DNA of 59,947 nt, counting the filler, from Basidioascus undulatus (lineage: Eukaryota): assembly GCA_000826855.1 (NCBI GenBank). It is 6 parts of 6 records of this genome, joined end to end, with 100 filler letters (N's around TTAATTAATTAA, not from the genome) between each part and the next. Parts side by side here need not be neighbours in the genome. Positions count along the whole stretch, not along the records: positions 13,186 to 19,674 come from JTLS01001728.1; positions 19,775 to 26,260 come from JTLS01001729.1; positions 26,361 to 53,381 come from JTLS01000173.1; 3 more parts are not named here. One strand, 5' to 3'. The notes below the pieces were generated by a model. That model saw nothing but the letters and a program-made list of their open reading frames with translations, was not told the origin of the DNA and made no database searches. Positions 13,387 through 29,245 of the stretch are shown in pieces. Made by a program: the position numbers and the translations under genes. Each line of letters opens with the position of its first letter. Positions within the stretch are counted from its first letter, which is position 1.

Positions 13387-14781
13387 GGTGCTGGGAGGTG
13401 GTCGTAGAGAGAAGACCAGGACACGGACGCGACGAGGGCGCGCTCGCGCGTATCCGGGCCGTTCCGGCGGACAGCCAGCTGCAGCTGCTCGCAGAGGCTT
13501 TGAAGCAGAAGGCACAAGGTCGAACGGGCACGGTAGACACTGAAAATAAAATGCATGTTATTAAAATACCGTAATGGAAGGTTTTTATGGGCTCTCTTGC
13601 TACGTGCCGGACTCAGTCGGGCTCAGCAGAAGCTAGAAGGAGTGCAAAGTGATTTTCTTTGGGCCTTTAAGCCGAAACACCAGGAAAAGTCCATAGTCGA
13701 GTCTGGTTGACGGTACACAGCTCAAGACAAGACGGCCGCGTTGGGCAGGTGTGTCGGTCAACTGAAGTGCTGCTGTCGCAGCGTTCCAAGGGTCGTGGTA
13801 CTTCAAACACAAACCGTCACTATCTTTAGGACGTCTGCCCGTAAAAAGAAGTTCTTGCGGGCCACGCCTCGGTGCCTGCCATGAGGGGCTCGTTGTTGAC
13901 AAGGACTGCATAACACGCAGTGCAAGCTGGTCAGATGCAAAAAGAACCATAAAGTAACTGTTTCATCGGTGGGAGTTCAAGTCCAATTTACCCAGCGACA
14001 GTTCAGACCCATTCCCATCGTGCTCTTGTTGAAGTTGCCAGTCCCAGTGCGGCTTGCATATGAGATGAATAGGCCTGAAGGCTGGAGGCCACCATGCCAC
14101 CCAGCCTTCTGACCTTCCTCCACAAACGCTTTGTACACGGCTCCCTCGTGCTCAGGAGCTTTGAAGTGACAACGTCCCGGTGGAGCTACCTGTTTTTGAC
14201 CGTGCCCACCCGACCGGTCTGCCGTCTGCCTGTCCACATCCTGGTTCACCCGCGACGTCTAGTGCAATGCAGCTGCGATGTGGAAGCGCACGCAGCGCAG
14301 TGCGGCAGGGGTCGGGATGTCGGCCGGTTTCGGCCGTATTGACGCTAAAGTATAGAAGCTGCACTAGGGAGTTCACATGGAAACTGTAGCTTGGAGAATC
14401 GGACGTCGGAACATGAGACCGGACCTTGATTTTCCAGTTGCCGGATCTGAAACGCGTTGGTTTTGTAGATATGGGTGTCTTCGAGCCTCTGAGAGCTCGC
14501 TGGGAAGCCGTAGTTTCATGATAATTTGTGTATGCAAGCACGGTTTGTGCTCTTGAGCCCAACCGAGCCCGCCGGAGCAAAGCGAAAGAAAGGAAACCAG
14601 GCGGCGTGTGTGATCGGGCCGAATCCCCGTGGGTGAAGGCAGAGGCCGAGGGGCCGCCTGAGGTGCTCTGTAAGAACGACCTTCGCCCTCGTCCAACTTC
14701 TCTCGCTTTCTGGCTCTCTGACTCGGTCTCCTGCCTCTTGCTTTCTCAGCGCCATCTCTTCCCTTCCCCATACACTCTACA

Positions 14782-17003
<2,222 letters not shown>

Positions 17004-19602
17004 ACGCCAACCCTCCACCATATTATTCCTAATCCCTTTCATTCCTTTTCTTCCTTCGTTCGGTTTTGCGTGGTAGAGGAGGGCGTGAGATGATGGGAAA
17101 CCAAAAGACGCCCGGATCGATAGCAGGGCCGTAGAGGGACGGTCGGAAGGGACAACTTTACCCCAGGCTTCTCTTTTCTTTTCCTTTCTTTTTCTTCTTT
17201 AGGGAGGAGTTTGGGGAGGTGGAGTGGAGAGGAGAGGACTGTTGTGACGTTTCGCTGTGGATACGTTGATCCTGATGAAGAGAGATGCTAATGACCGCTG
17301 TTGAACGCGTACGCTTCGTTTAAGCAGCAAGCAAGAAGGACCATCTTTTGTGATATCAAGTTATTTGATCAATAGTGACCAGGTGGTGAAATGGAACGAC
17401 TCCAAGGGCATCGCAGTGTTGGAAAGCCACTGCGATGGGCCCGTTGTCTCGCCCTGAGCCGCAGCTTCATGAAGCGGTCGATGTTGTTAGGCCGGACTTG
17501 CTTGATTCTCTGCAGATTGTGTGATGGTGCTGTCGGGCTTTTCTATTGCGGCGCAGGCGACCACGGTCGAGCGGACGAGAGTCGCCAAGAAGAGCATAGC
17601 GGAGAGGTAGCCGGTAACGACGAACGAGTCGATTCTCATAAAGCATAGGGTCTACCAGCGCAGTGCAGCTTCACGTCAGGATACGGAATGCAGGCAATTA
17701 CGAACTCACGACCGTTAGCATGGCGGGCCACAGTTTGATGCCAGGCACGAAGGAGCTCTCCGAACAGTTGTGTAACATGAGGGTCTGATCGGTTGAGGTA
17801 TCATAGATGATAAGTGACACATTCCCATTCCCTAAAGCGACCAATCCACTCACCGCGATCGCCTGAATATCCCAGCAGAATAGTCAGGAGGCACCAAGTT
17901 GTCGAGCACCCAGTACGTAGTACACTTAGAGAGAAACAGGCAGAAAACCTTTGTATTGCTCATCTTCTTCGCCTCGGTGTTCCCCTGCTGACGTTGGTCA
18001 AGGCTATACGCTTGCTGGACGGCGAGCCAAGTGCGCAAGGATGAGTGCGCGGTGAGCGCCGCGCCGCACTGCGACGCAGAGAGCGATCCGGAGGACTAGG
18101 CCCAGGTTCGAAATATAGACGACTATTTTGAGAGGTTGAGCAGCGAGCGTGTCAGTGCGAGAGGCGGAAAGGCGAGCAGAAGGATGGTGACGGTCAATGG
18201 TCAAGGACGATCTCGGATTCATGGGTGCGTTTCGACGATCCGCGGGGCGGCACAGCCGGTGGCGGACGCCCAGACGGAAGGGCCGGAGAGTAAGATGAGC
18301 TCTTTACAATAAAATCATGGTAATACAAATCGTTTCATTCGCGACACGAGCAGATGCCACGGTAAAGGGTTCGGGACCAGCCATGCTGGTACAGGCTCTC
18401 AGATGTCAGAGGCGACTTGATCCATAGCGGAAAGAGTTCTACCAATGCCGTGCTTTTGTTTTTAGAGGCTGGGGTGACAGAGAAGGAATAAAGCGGGCGC
18501 GACGTTTGGGGGTGACCGGTGAGTTTTAACGCGAAGACCTGCTGTGGTCGTGTTCACACTGGTAGTACCGCACGCGCAAGCTGAAATGTACCAGTCCTTC
18601 TTGAGACACCTCAGCTCCCAGAGCGTGAAGGTTGAGCATACAGTAAAGTACCTACTTCCCTGCGCTGACGGCTCTCATCCGGCTTTTCCTCAGTCGAATG
18701 TGAGATCAGCTGCGAGCTATTGTAATATCGGACTCTTTTCAGAAGCTCAGTCATGTGCGGCGTCAACGTTGTTGCTCTCGATGCTTAAGGTCGGGACTGT
18801 GCTCAGGTGTGTCCCGCTGAGCAAGCCTGCCGCCATCTCGCCGACGCTGTGATCAGTTGCGGCGGCGAGGGGATTTTGGCCGACAAGTACAAGTGTGTTC
18901 CAATAGTTCTTACTTCACGCCCCCTAAAATTTCTACTGAATTGGCCGTATCCCTCTTTAGGGCCGTCGTGGACGGCGGCATGCAGTGCACTTTCATCCCT
19001 ATCTCTGCGACCCATCTGACCGTTTCGCTCACCTAGCCATCCCTCACATCCCGGGCAAGGTGCTCGAGGTCAGCCGACCATATCGGTGCCTCCTCCTTGA
19101 TTTTCTTCTAATACATGTGCATGTAGAACAACTTCGCCCGTTTCTATGGCGCAGACCACCCGTACGGCGGCAAGGAGAAGTCGAAGGAGTCCGAGATCGA
19201 AGGCGGACTGCTGACACACGTCGACACTCGTCCACAACTTAAACAGTACGCATAATTTTGGCGGCAAAGCATGTGCCTGAAGAACACGAGTTCGAGGAGC
19301 TGAAAATGAGCTATGACGAGTGCAAAAGGTTGACTACTTGAAAACCGATACGCGCTGTGAGAATGAATAAATGAGTACTTCAACTCACCAAATGCTTGTC
19401 TGTGAATGAGCGGAGAAGGTCATGCCTGCGGTTGGGAAGACGGCAGCAACCTTCAGACACAGGCCGATTGTACAGGCCGATGTACTGAGCCGGGCAGACT
19501 GGAGGTCAGCAAAACAAAAAAGGCAGAGCATGAGAGACGTTGCATTACTTCAAAGAGCCGGAGAGCAGTCGACTGCTGCAAGCGCGAGCAAAACGCACCA
19601 AA

Positions 19603-19674
19603 TGACCACTGCAGGGCTCGATCCTGCGACATTTTGCGTGTTAAGCAAACACTCTGCCAACTGAGTTAAGCGGC
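19603..19674 (-). tRNA. tRNA-Val (anticodon AAC), intronless; first nucleotide lost in the gap
   Basis: Cloverleaf: acceptor (N)GCCGCT/AGTGGTC plus A73, D stem ACTC/GAGT, anticodon arm TTTGC-TTAACAC-GCAAA, T arm GCAGG-ATCGAGC-CCTGC. A downstream TTTT could serve as a Pol III terminator. Confidence 0.9.
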
Positions 19675-19774
19675 NNNNNNNNNNNNNNNNNNNNNNNNNN
19701 NNNNNNNNNNNNNNNNNNTTAATTAATTAANNNNNNNNNNNNNNNNNNNNNNNNNNNNNNNNNNNNNNNNNNNN
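19675..19774. other. Artificial contig spacer
   Basis: N44-TTAATTAATTAA-N44. Confidence 0.99.
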
Positions 19775-20594
19775 GGGCGGGGGATTGCTGGATGGAGAGG
19801 AGAGGGGAGAAACTGAGGGGGGGAAAGATGGGGGAGGGAAGGGAACGCACCGAGCGAGAGAGAGAAAGCGGGGAGATCCACCCGTCGTCGGTGCCTTCCT
19901 CTGAGGAAGCGGACGACAAAGAGCGCACGCCCAGAAGGGACGACATGAGGCTATTACTCCGCTGCAGTGCGGGGGCTTTGACCGGGGTGGTCATGACGGA
20001 CGAGGCCGAGCTGGTCGACGCGAGGCGCGGGCGCCAGACGGCCGGCGGGCCGGAGAGCTTGCGTCTTCTCGAGGGGCCGGTGGTCGGTGAAGCGAGAAGC
20101 TGGGATGAGGTGGATGTAGTGGGTTGTGTGGCGATGGAGGTAGGGAGCGGCGCGGAGTGAGCAGAAACGCCGGAGGAGATTGTGGACAGCGCGTCGGGCG
20201 AGGCTGAAAGCGGCTGCGTCTTCTCCCTCTCCCTCTCCCTCGCAGGTTCCACCAGGACCCTCACAGCCCTCTCCACCCTCCCCTCCCCCTCCTCCTGCCA
20301 GTCCGTCTCCTCCTCCTCCTCATCCCACACCTCCGGCAGCTTCCCCCCTCCCACGCGCGCCAGTTCCTCACGTATCAAGCTCCCCGCCGTCCCCTCGCTC
20401 CCACTCGTGCTCGCGCTGGGGGACCTCGAAGCCGGCGGAGTGAGGGGGAGGGAGGAGCGGCGCGCGTCGGCGAGGGCCTGCCAGTCTGCTGCGGAGGAGC
20501 GGAGGACGGAGCGCGGGGTGGAGTCGGCGACGGCGTGCTTCGGCTGCTGCGCTTGTTTGCAGATCGGGCGCCCGGCGAGGGATTCGTAGCTCAT
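19775..20594 (-). CDS. Hypothetical Ser/Pro-rich protein, N-terminal exon; truncated by gap
   Basis: Long GC-rich open frame from MSYESLAGRPICK, with a probable GTGCGT donor near 19850. No recognisable domain. Confidence 0.5.
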
Positions 20595-23316
20595 TGCTTG
20601 GAGGACGCGGGAGTGTGTGCTCTCAGAGAAGAGGGTTAAGAGAAGAGGGTTGGTGGCGAAAGCAGCGGGAGGGGAGGAAGTCGAAGAACGCGGGGCAGTC
20701 GAGTCCCCCGTTGCCAACCACGGCCTGCCGTGCCAGACTCAAGTACTTGCGCTCGCGGTCTTCCTTATCGCGAGAGCCCCCGAAATTGCGCAAAGTTGTG
20801 CAGCGTCGTCAGGGTGGCGAAATGGGCGAAAGTGGCAAAGGGCTTTCGCGCAACGGGGTCAGACACGCCCCGTCATATTCACTCCACGGCGAGGGAGCCG
20901 CCTGTTTGGGACACCGCGAGGCAGGTGGCGGCGGAGCGGAACGTGAAGACGGATTGCGCGAAACGGAAGGACTGGGCGCGCGGTTTTGGTTGTTGCTCCG
21001 TTATGCTGTCTTGGGGAGTAAGTACAGTTAGGAGATAAGGATGGGAAGGTGTTCCGAGTTCCTGTTCTGGTGGATCCGAAGGCGTGTTGAGCGTGTTGAG
21101 CACCCGCTGATAGCAGCCGGTGCAGCATGCAGTGTGTACATGCGTCGCTTTGAACGGGAGCGTGCTCGGGGGGACGAGAAAGGAGAAGCATTCCGATGCT
21201 TTCAAGAATTACTGCCAGTGTGCGTCGAGGATAATCCCAAGCGGCTTAGCTCCCTCTCTCGTGTGTCGTTCCGACGGAGAACGCCGCCCACACCGGACTC
21301 GAGTCTCCCGTCCAATTTGCGTGGAACGGAAGAAGACAAGCTGAATGCCTAGATCCACTCTCAGACTTCCCATCCCCGCACTTCCATTAATCTGCCTATA
21401 ATGGCAAGACCCAAGGATTATCAAGGCCGCGACAGCCCAGCACCTTCTCGCATCAATGTCTGGCAGTCAAATCCTTCACTTGCGAGGGAGGTTTGAAGTC
21501 GACGTGCAGCTTACACCGCCCATAACCTCCATCGACACATACAAAACTTCCTCCCACTGTCCACAAACAGAACACTGCACAAACAACCTTTCTCATGATA
21601 CTCCCGAGCTCCGAGTTGCAACTCAGCCGGCAGGCGTAGATTCGAAGCTCGCAACGACGTACGTTCGACGCCGTCCGCGTCCGCGTGGGAGATCGAGGAG
21701 ATCAACCGACGCCGTGTACGGCATGCATGTCTCTCTATCCGGCCTACATGAAGCAGAGCTGGATCTCGACAGCGGTCAAATATCGCGCTCCTTCCGCGAG
21801 CGACACTGCGCAAGTTCGTTGCGCAACGGTACTGCATCACTTGTAGCATTTTCACCGCGAGCACTTAACGTTGTTGCATTTTGCGGGATTTAAATTCCTC
21901 ACGGATACTTAGTGACGAGCCAGTTTCTGGTATACTTCGGGTTGGAGGTACACTTACCCGCCGCTCGGAGCTTGAACCGAGTATTTTCAGAGCATTTTCA
22001 GTGTGGTAGATGCAACTGCTACCGACTCAGAATACCCGAGGGTGGCTCTATTCAGATTGAATTTCGTGCAAGTCTTGTTCAAAGGCATGATCAGAACAAG
22101 CCGGCAGTGCAGGAGTTGGCTGCAGTTCAGCATTCTCCCCCAGCGCCGAACTAGGAACCAGCTCGAAGGAACAAGCCTTGCCGCGTTGCGAGCCTCTCAA
22201 GCCGTTATCTATCGCGTTGTCCCCAATTGTAGTCATATTTTTTACCGCATCTCACCATTCCATTTCATTGCGTCTGCACTCGGCCGGGACGACCAAATAT
22301 GATGATCGGGTGTCGACTCACGCTGAACTCTTGCACACTGCTCGTGCCTTCGCAGTAGTCGCGCTTATTCTGACCCGCTAGGAACGGATTTCCAGCTGAC
22401 TGAGCAGAACCATGACTGTTCTGCAGGTGTGGCAGTTCTGCAGATGTGCCAGCCCCGGAAGGCCGGCCTGCAGCGAGCGGCAACCGTTCTTCCCGCCCAG
22501 CTCGTTCCATACAACGTGCAGTGCGTTCCACAACTCTTTAATGTACCACTTCCTTTCACCTTCTCATCGTTTCGCCCCGCTGAATGTCTTCGAGTTCTCG
22601 TCCGCAATGAGCGCCCCTACTTTCGCGAGCATGCTTCGCTTACGAGCCTGCCACAGAGCTCAGAGCTGCCCTGAAAGATCCCGAAGTTAAGGCTCTGCGG
22701 GAGGACGCGCTGCGAGGATGGCGAGGGAGGCACTGGCGGCACTTTGACCGGTTCCCAGGCTCGTAGAAAACGCAGTTCAATGCGCAAGGAATATGCGACT
22801 ATGCGATTCAGATGCCATGCTTGACACCGCCATCAAACAGCTCCCAAGCACTCACTACCGAACACGCGGTCAACCTGCGGCCAATCGAGCTACTTAGGAG
22901 TTGATCTTAAAGGTGCATGCGCAGAGTAAATTTACAAATTTAGGCTAACAGTATTACTCGCGTCGAAAGGAAGAGCGCTGGTCTGCGGGGGTGCCTCGGG
23001 TCAGCCAACAAGTTGCACCTCCGTGGCTGCCCGGATGCCGATATAGTGCACATTCCTTACCTGACACTGTTCAATGGTCCCTCAGTGGTCCTGTTGTTCC
23101 ACCCTCTCCCCCTGGCATTACATGGTACATCTCATGGTTCGGGAGTCCACGACGTCGACCCCTCCGGCAATCCACCGATGCGAACCAAAAGAGACTGAGA
23201 CACGGAAAAGGCCCTGGAAGCTTCGGTAACTGGGTACCTGTGAGGGTTCCGATCAAAAGCAATATCATGCAGGCATTGTCAACGCCACGCCGGTGCCAGT
23301 CAGCTTCGAGGCCTCT

Positions 23317-24100
23317 TTAAGCGTACCGCCCGACCGATAGCGCGTTGACCCCGACGCCCGCTGCTTTACAGGGGATCGCTCGCCCACACCTTTCTGAAAT
23401 GATTTTGAACAGGACTTCAAGTCCCTTCATATACCTCAGGCCAAACCACAGCAGCCCATTGCAAGCAGAAAGGTTTGCTGCCACCCTCACCAGCGTTTCC
23501 ACCACGCACCCACAGAGGAAGAAAACAACAATCCTACTCAGGCAGATGGTACAGAATTAGATCACATTTTTGTTGCTTCATTTAGATTCCAGCAACGGGT
23601 TGCCCAGCCGTGGGTGAGGGCGTGCTTGTCATCCCCCACCCCTTAGGCCGGTGATCTCGTCTAGCTGACTATGAAGGTCCGAGTCGGTTCTGGATCACCC
23701 AAACACCACAGGCTTTTCAATGCCCTCAGGAAGTGTTCATTGCCTTTCCTGCTGATGTAGGCATTGATATACTTCAGATTTGGCGCTCTGTGGACGATCA
23801 ACTCGATCAGCGGCGTGTTAAGGCTGCGGGTTCTAACGCAAGCCGAATCCCGAACGGAAGGCGGCCACGGCTTAAGGACCATTGGATCGTTATACAGGCG
23901 TAAGGAGCTATACATAACAAAACCGACACCGGTAGTAGAGGTGACGGTGAGTACCGAGCGTTCTTCCAGGGCCGCACTGCGTTGGCTCGCGTTCAAGGTG
24001 CACACTGTCTTGTTTGCGACGGCCAATTTGTTTCCAGGTGCCGGTCCGAGATCTTCACAGTGAGATGTCAAGAGAAGACGACAATGGAACGGCGACATTG
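23317..24100 (-). pseudogene. Possible degenerate F-box/LRR-like gene remnant
   Basis: Segments such as LIELIVHRAPNLKYINAYI and FLRALKSLW are LRR-like. No clean model could be built. Confidence 0.2.
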
Positions 24101-25361
24101 GGAAGCGTTGCCGGTGTCAGGGCGACTGCGAAGTGCAGGAACGGAACAAAGCTTGCGGGCTTGCAGTCGGGGGCATTGGCAGTACATATGATGTTCCGGC
24201 ATCGCAGAGCCTTCCCGCATTCAGATGATACACAGTTGAGGGTCACTGTTCGAAGGAGAGCGACCGAGGTAGAGCAGGTCAGACGGTGGACTTCAGCTTC
24301 CTTCGCGAACACCTATGCGGCGCCGATTGCCCTGCAACCAGACAGACTACGCGCAGGGCTGTTCATGCGAAGCTTACGAGATGCAATGCAGGGTGACCAG
24401 AACTACAACGACAGAATAGACCAGAACGAGAGACCCGGGGTGCGGCGCTCTACTTGGCGTAGTTCCAGACGTTGCGGAGGACTGCGAAGACCAGGGCGAG
24501 AAGTGTCAGTACCTGACTCGAGGTTGAGTGCGAGGGAGGTTTTTGCGCGGAGGGGCGGAGATGAGGTGGGAGGGGGAGGGGAGGAGGAGGGTGGGGCCTG
24601 ACACCCGCCGATCTCATGGAAGGAGACGGCGAGTTCTTATGCCCCGTCAAGGTCGCTCTTCGCCAACCAATTATCGCTTCAACCGTCCGTGGGAGCAAGG
24701 CGGAGAGCACTGTCTAGAAGGGGCGTGTAGGATTGTGTGTGGGGGAGGGGAAGGGAAGGAAAGGGGGGAGAGAGGAGAGGAGGACGTGGAAAAGGAGCCA
24801 AGCCGGGAGAGGGTCCCCAGACCGGCTCAGCCTGGTCCGTAATCCACGCCCTCTCGGTCTTCCCGTCTTTCACCCCGACCATAGCGCCAACCTCTACAGG
24901 GATGGAACGAAGACGAGGGCAAGATGGGCACGGGAGACGCACCCTTCCTCGGCCGGACCTTGAGCTTGTCCACCTTGTCTGTCCGCCCCACATCCCAGGT
25001 CAGATGCCCCGCAGCGCGTAACAGCTGGTATGATGTACTCACACAGCGCCTGGCGAGTGGGGAACATGGTTGGGCGATGGGGCGGGGACGATGGCGAGGA
25101 AGCAAGAAGGGACGGCGACGGGAGGCGAAGGGAGAAGGCCGACCGCGGATGAACGCCGAGGATGTCCGCGGTGTTTCCTTGGCCCAACCGGCCCAACGGT
25201 AATGATCCGCGCCGCAGCCGATCGCTCCTTGGTCCATATCCACCATTCCACGTCGACGGCCATCGCCAGCACCACCAGCACCATCATCAGTACCACCAGC
25301 ACAACACAACACCATCTCCTCAGACTCAGCCCATAAGCCCATCAACAACGGACCGCGCACG

Positions 25362-26260
25362 ATGGCCTCCTCGTCCGTCAAGCACAACTCAGGTGCGCAC
25401 TCCTCTCCTATCCGTGCACGCGACTCAATCGCCCACTCAACCCCTTCCTCCCTCCTCCGCACAGCGACCAAGCGCATCCTCTCCGAGCTGCGCGAGCTGC
25501 AGCGCAACCCGTCCTCGGACTTCCATGTCGAGCCGCTCGAGGTGTGTCCCTATCCCCTCCTCCCACTTCCGCCCACCTAGTCTGATTGATGTGGAACGCG
25601 AAGGACAACCTCTTCGAGTGGCACTTTACCCTCCGCGGGGCGAAGGACACACCGTTTGATGGAGGGCTCTTCCACGGGAAGATCCTCCTCCCCCCCGACT
25701 ACCCGTACAAGGCGCCGAGCGTGATGTTGTCCACCCCGAATGGGCGGTTTCAGACCAACACTAAGGTGCGCTCCCTTCTCCCTTCTCCCTTCTCCGTTCC
25801 CCGATCTGACTTCGGCCCTCCCCACCCAGCTCTGCATCTCCTTCACAGCCTGTGCGCATCCTCCATCCCCCTCCTTTGCCTACCCGCCTGGGAACTGAGC
25901 CCTCCGGACTGAGCAGTCCACGCAGAGCTCTGGCAGCCCGCCTGGGGCATCCGCACCATCCTCGTGGGCCTACAAGGGTTCTTCCCCGTCACGGGTGCGG
26001 AGGCCGCCGGCGTCGGCGGGATCGACACCCCGCCCGCCGAGCGCAGGCGGCTTGCGGCGCTGAGCAGGGCGTGGAAGTGCGAGGCTTGTGGCGGGAGGAG
26101 CAATGAGGAGCTGCTGGAGGATGAGGATGAGGGGGTGGGTGAGAAGGAGAAGGAGGAGAAGGCGGAGGAGAAGGCGGAGGAGAAGGAGAAGTATCCGTCA
26201 GCCAGCGACCCCTCTCCGCCCTCAGAAACAGCGGACCCCACCCCGTCCTCAGCCGCACCC
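25362..26260 (+). CDS. UBC6: Ubiquitin-conjugating enzyme E2, UBE2J/Ubc6 family (UBE2J1-like); 3' end in gap
   Basis: ATKRILSELRELQ, PLEDNLFEWHFTLRG, TPNGRFQTNTKLCISFT (TPNGRF replaces HPN and the catalytic Cys is present), WQPAWGIRTILVGLQGFF, SRAWKCEACG. Confidence 0.92.
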
Positions 26261-26360
26261 NNNNNNNNNNNNNNNNNNNNNNNNNNNNNNNNNNNNNNNN
26301 NNNNTTAATTAATTAANNNNNNNNNNNNNNNNNNNNNNNNNNNNNNNNNNNNNNNNNNNN
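26261..26360. other. Artificial contig spacer
   Basis: N44-TTAATTAATTAA-N44. Confidence 0.99.
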
Positions 26361-26417
26361 TCCTCCCCTACCCCTTCCCATCCCCCCTCCTCCCACTCAC
26401 CCCCTGCCCGCCGACAG

Positions 26418-29245
26418 ATCATTGTCCGCGCGCGGCAATCGCACCTCTACACGCTCTACCTCTCCCAGCACCCGACCCTCACGCCCGCCGTCCTCACCGA
26501 CCTCTCCTCCGCCCTCTCGCACTACACGGTCAAAGCCTCCTCCGCTTTCTCACTCCCCGCCCCCTCCTCCACCGCCGATGCGGACATCGAGTCCTACGCG
26601 CGCACCGTCCTCGAGCGTGCGCAGGACAAGGCGACGCTCGACGGCTGGGCCAAGGCCGAGCCGAAGGCGCCCATGTATGTTGCGGCGCTGAAAGCGACGG
26701 TGGGGGCGCTGGATGCTGCACGGAGCGGGCTGGAGAGCGGGAAGGTGGGGAAGGAGGAGACGGAGAGTGTGCTGGAGGGCGCGAAGGAGGCGCTCAGTCT
26801 GTGGCTGGACAAGCAGGTGCGTCGTTCTCCCTCTCCCTTGCCATCCCCATCCTCCTTGCCTCCTCTCCACACGCTGACACCCCCCCTTCCCCTCCAGTCC
26901 GGAGCGACCATCACCGACCCCGCGATCTTCCGCACCCTCGCCGCGCACTGGGAATCATCCTTCTTGGCGGACATGTCCGCCCTGAACGTCGAGCGGCCCG
27001 ACACGCTCACGCGTGTCTCCGAGTACGTCCCCGAGATCGTGTCCTTCGTCGAGCGCATCGTCGGCAACGGCTTCGCCTACGCCGCGCATGACGGGAGCGT
27101 GTATTTCGACACGCGCGCGTTTGACGGGGCCAAGGCTAGGGGCGGGGAGGAGTGGGTGCATGAATATGCGAGGCTCCAGCCGGGCAGTAAGGGGAATCGG
27201 GAGCTGATTGAGGAGGGGGAGGGTGAGTCGCGCTCCGCCACTTCACGTCCTTTCACCCGAGCCCTGACATCTTGCGCCTGTGAAAGGCTCCCTCACCTCC
27301 GGCCAGGGCAAGCGCTCCCCCGCGGACTTTGCGCTCTGGAAAGCGTCCAAACCCGGCGAGCCCGCATGGCCGTCGCCTTGGGGCGCGGGACGGCCGGGGT
27401 GGCATATCGAGTGCAGCGTGCGTCGTTTCGCTGTCCCTCTCTTTCCCTGTCCTCCTTCATCTTTGTGGTTCGAGAGAAGGAGGGGCAGGAGGATGACAGT
27501 GCTGATTCGTGGTTGGGATGGGGCACACGGAAACAGGTCATGGCGAGCGAGGTCCTCGGCAAGGGGATGGACATCCATTCGGGCGGCGTGGACTTGATGT
27601 TCCCGCATCACGATAATGAGCTTGCGCAGTCGGAGGTAAGTCCCTCTCCCGACCTTCCCCCTTCCCTCTCCACCCTCCCTTCGATCCGAAGGAGGAGGAA
27701 ACAGAGATGCGGGGACTGATGATGGACGGTTGTCTGTGCAGGCCTTCCACGGCTGCAGGCAGTGGGTGAACTACTTCTTGCATACGGGCCATCTCCACAT
27801 CGAGGGCCTCAAGATGTCCAAGAGCTTGAAGAACTTCATCACCATCGAGGTGCGTCTCCCATCCCGCTTTCCCTCTTCCTTCTCTCGCTGCGCCGCATTG
27901 CTGATCGGGAGGTGCGGGTGGTGGATGAACAGGAAGCGCTCGAGACCTACTCGGCCCGACAGCTCCGTCTCGCGTTCATGCTCCAGCTGTGGAATGCGCA
28001 GATGGACCTCAAGGAGAGCGCAATGCAGGAGGTGCGCACGCTGGAGACGTCGTTGAACGTAGGTGCTTCCCCTTTCTTCGCTTCTTTTCTTTGGCGGGAC
28101 GTTGAATACTGGGACTGATTGGTCTTGGTCGATGCGCACAGAACTTCTTCCGGAACGTCAGGGCGCTCGTTTGGGAGGAGCGCGCGAACGGCGCGCAGTG
28201 GGACGGGAAGCACCACTACGACGCGGCGGAGAAGGAGCTGACTGAGAAGTGCGTCCATCTCTCCCTCTCCCTTTCTCTACCTTCTTCCTTCCGGCATGTT
28301 CTGACCCCTCCTTCCCTCCTCTTCCGAATAGCTTCAACACCTCCCGCGCGTCCGTGCGCACGGCGCTGTGCGACTCATTCAACACCCCGGCCGCACTGCA
28401 GCACATCGCGGACCTCGTCGGCGCGACCAACGTGTACATCGCGCGCGGGCGCGCGGCCGTCAACGTCCACGTCGTCGAGAACGTTGCACGCTGGGTTACG
28501 CGCATGTTCAGGATCTTCGGCGTCATCCGCGACGACGAGCGCGCGGAGCTCGGCTGGGGGAGCGGGGAGGCGGGCGCCGGTGCAGTGGACGTGAGTAGCG
28601 TTCTGCTCCGGTCAGGAGGACAGAAACTGACGAGAGGGGTGGGATGGGATGGGCAGCGCGATGAGGTCCTCATGCCGTACCTCCGCGCGCTCTCAAACTT
28701 CCGTGACGAGGTCCGGAAGCTCGCGAAGGAGGGCGCGCCGGCGAAGGACATCCTTGCGCTCTGCGACCGGTTGAGGGACAACGACCTTGTCGAGCTCGGC
28801 GTCGCGCTGGATGACCAAGCTGGTACGGCATTTCTCCCCCTTCCCTATTTGCCATTACAGAACGTCGATTCTGACGATGCATGCTGTCCGCACAGATGGC
28901 AAGGCGCTCGTCAAGCTCGTCCCCGCCGCGGAGCTGATCGCCGCGCGCGACGCGAAGGCCGCAGCGGCAGCCGAGAAAGCCGCGAAGGCGGCCGCGCGGA
29001 AGGCGGAGGAGGAGCGCAAGCGGCTGGAGAAGCTCTCTCGCGCCAAGATCGCCCCGGCGGACATGTTCAAGCCGCCGTACGTCCCCGCGGGGACGTACGC
29101 CGAGTTTGACGAGCAGGGCGTGCCGACGAAGGACGCGGAGGGCGTGGAGCTCAGCAAGAAGCGGAGGAAGGGCTTACTCAAGGAGTGGGAGGTCCAGGGG
29201 AAGGCGCACCAGGAGTGGGTCGAGGCGGGGAGGCCGGAGGCATGA
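26418..29245 (+). CDS. CRS1: Cysteinyl-tRNA synthetase (eukaryotic type); 5' end with HIGH motif lost in gap
   Basis: [74 protein letters not shown] (KMSKS), ALCDSFNT and a eukaryotic C-terminal extension. Confidence 0.97.

Noticed and set aside
17391..19400. Scattered short ORFs, some hydrophobic
   Set aside because: No recognisable motifs or consistent exon model could be built by eye.
21000..23300. Possible transposon remnant in a long lower-GC block (also 46.6-47.8 kb)
   Set aside because: No transposase, reverse transcriptase or integrase motifs, terminal repeats or target-site duplications were seen.
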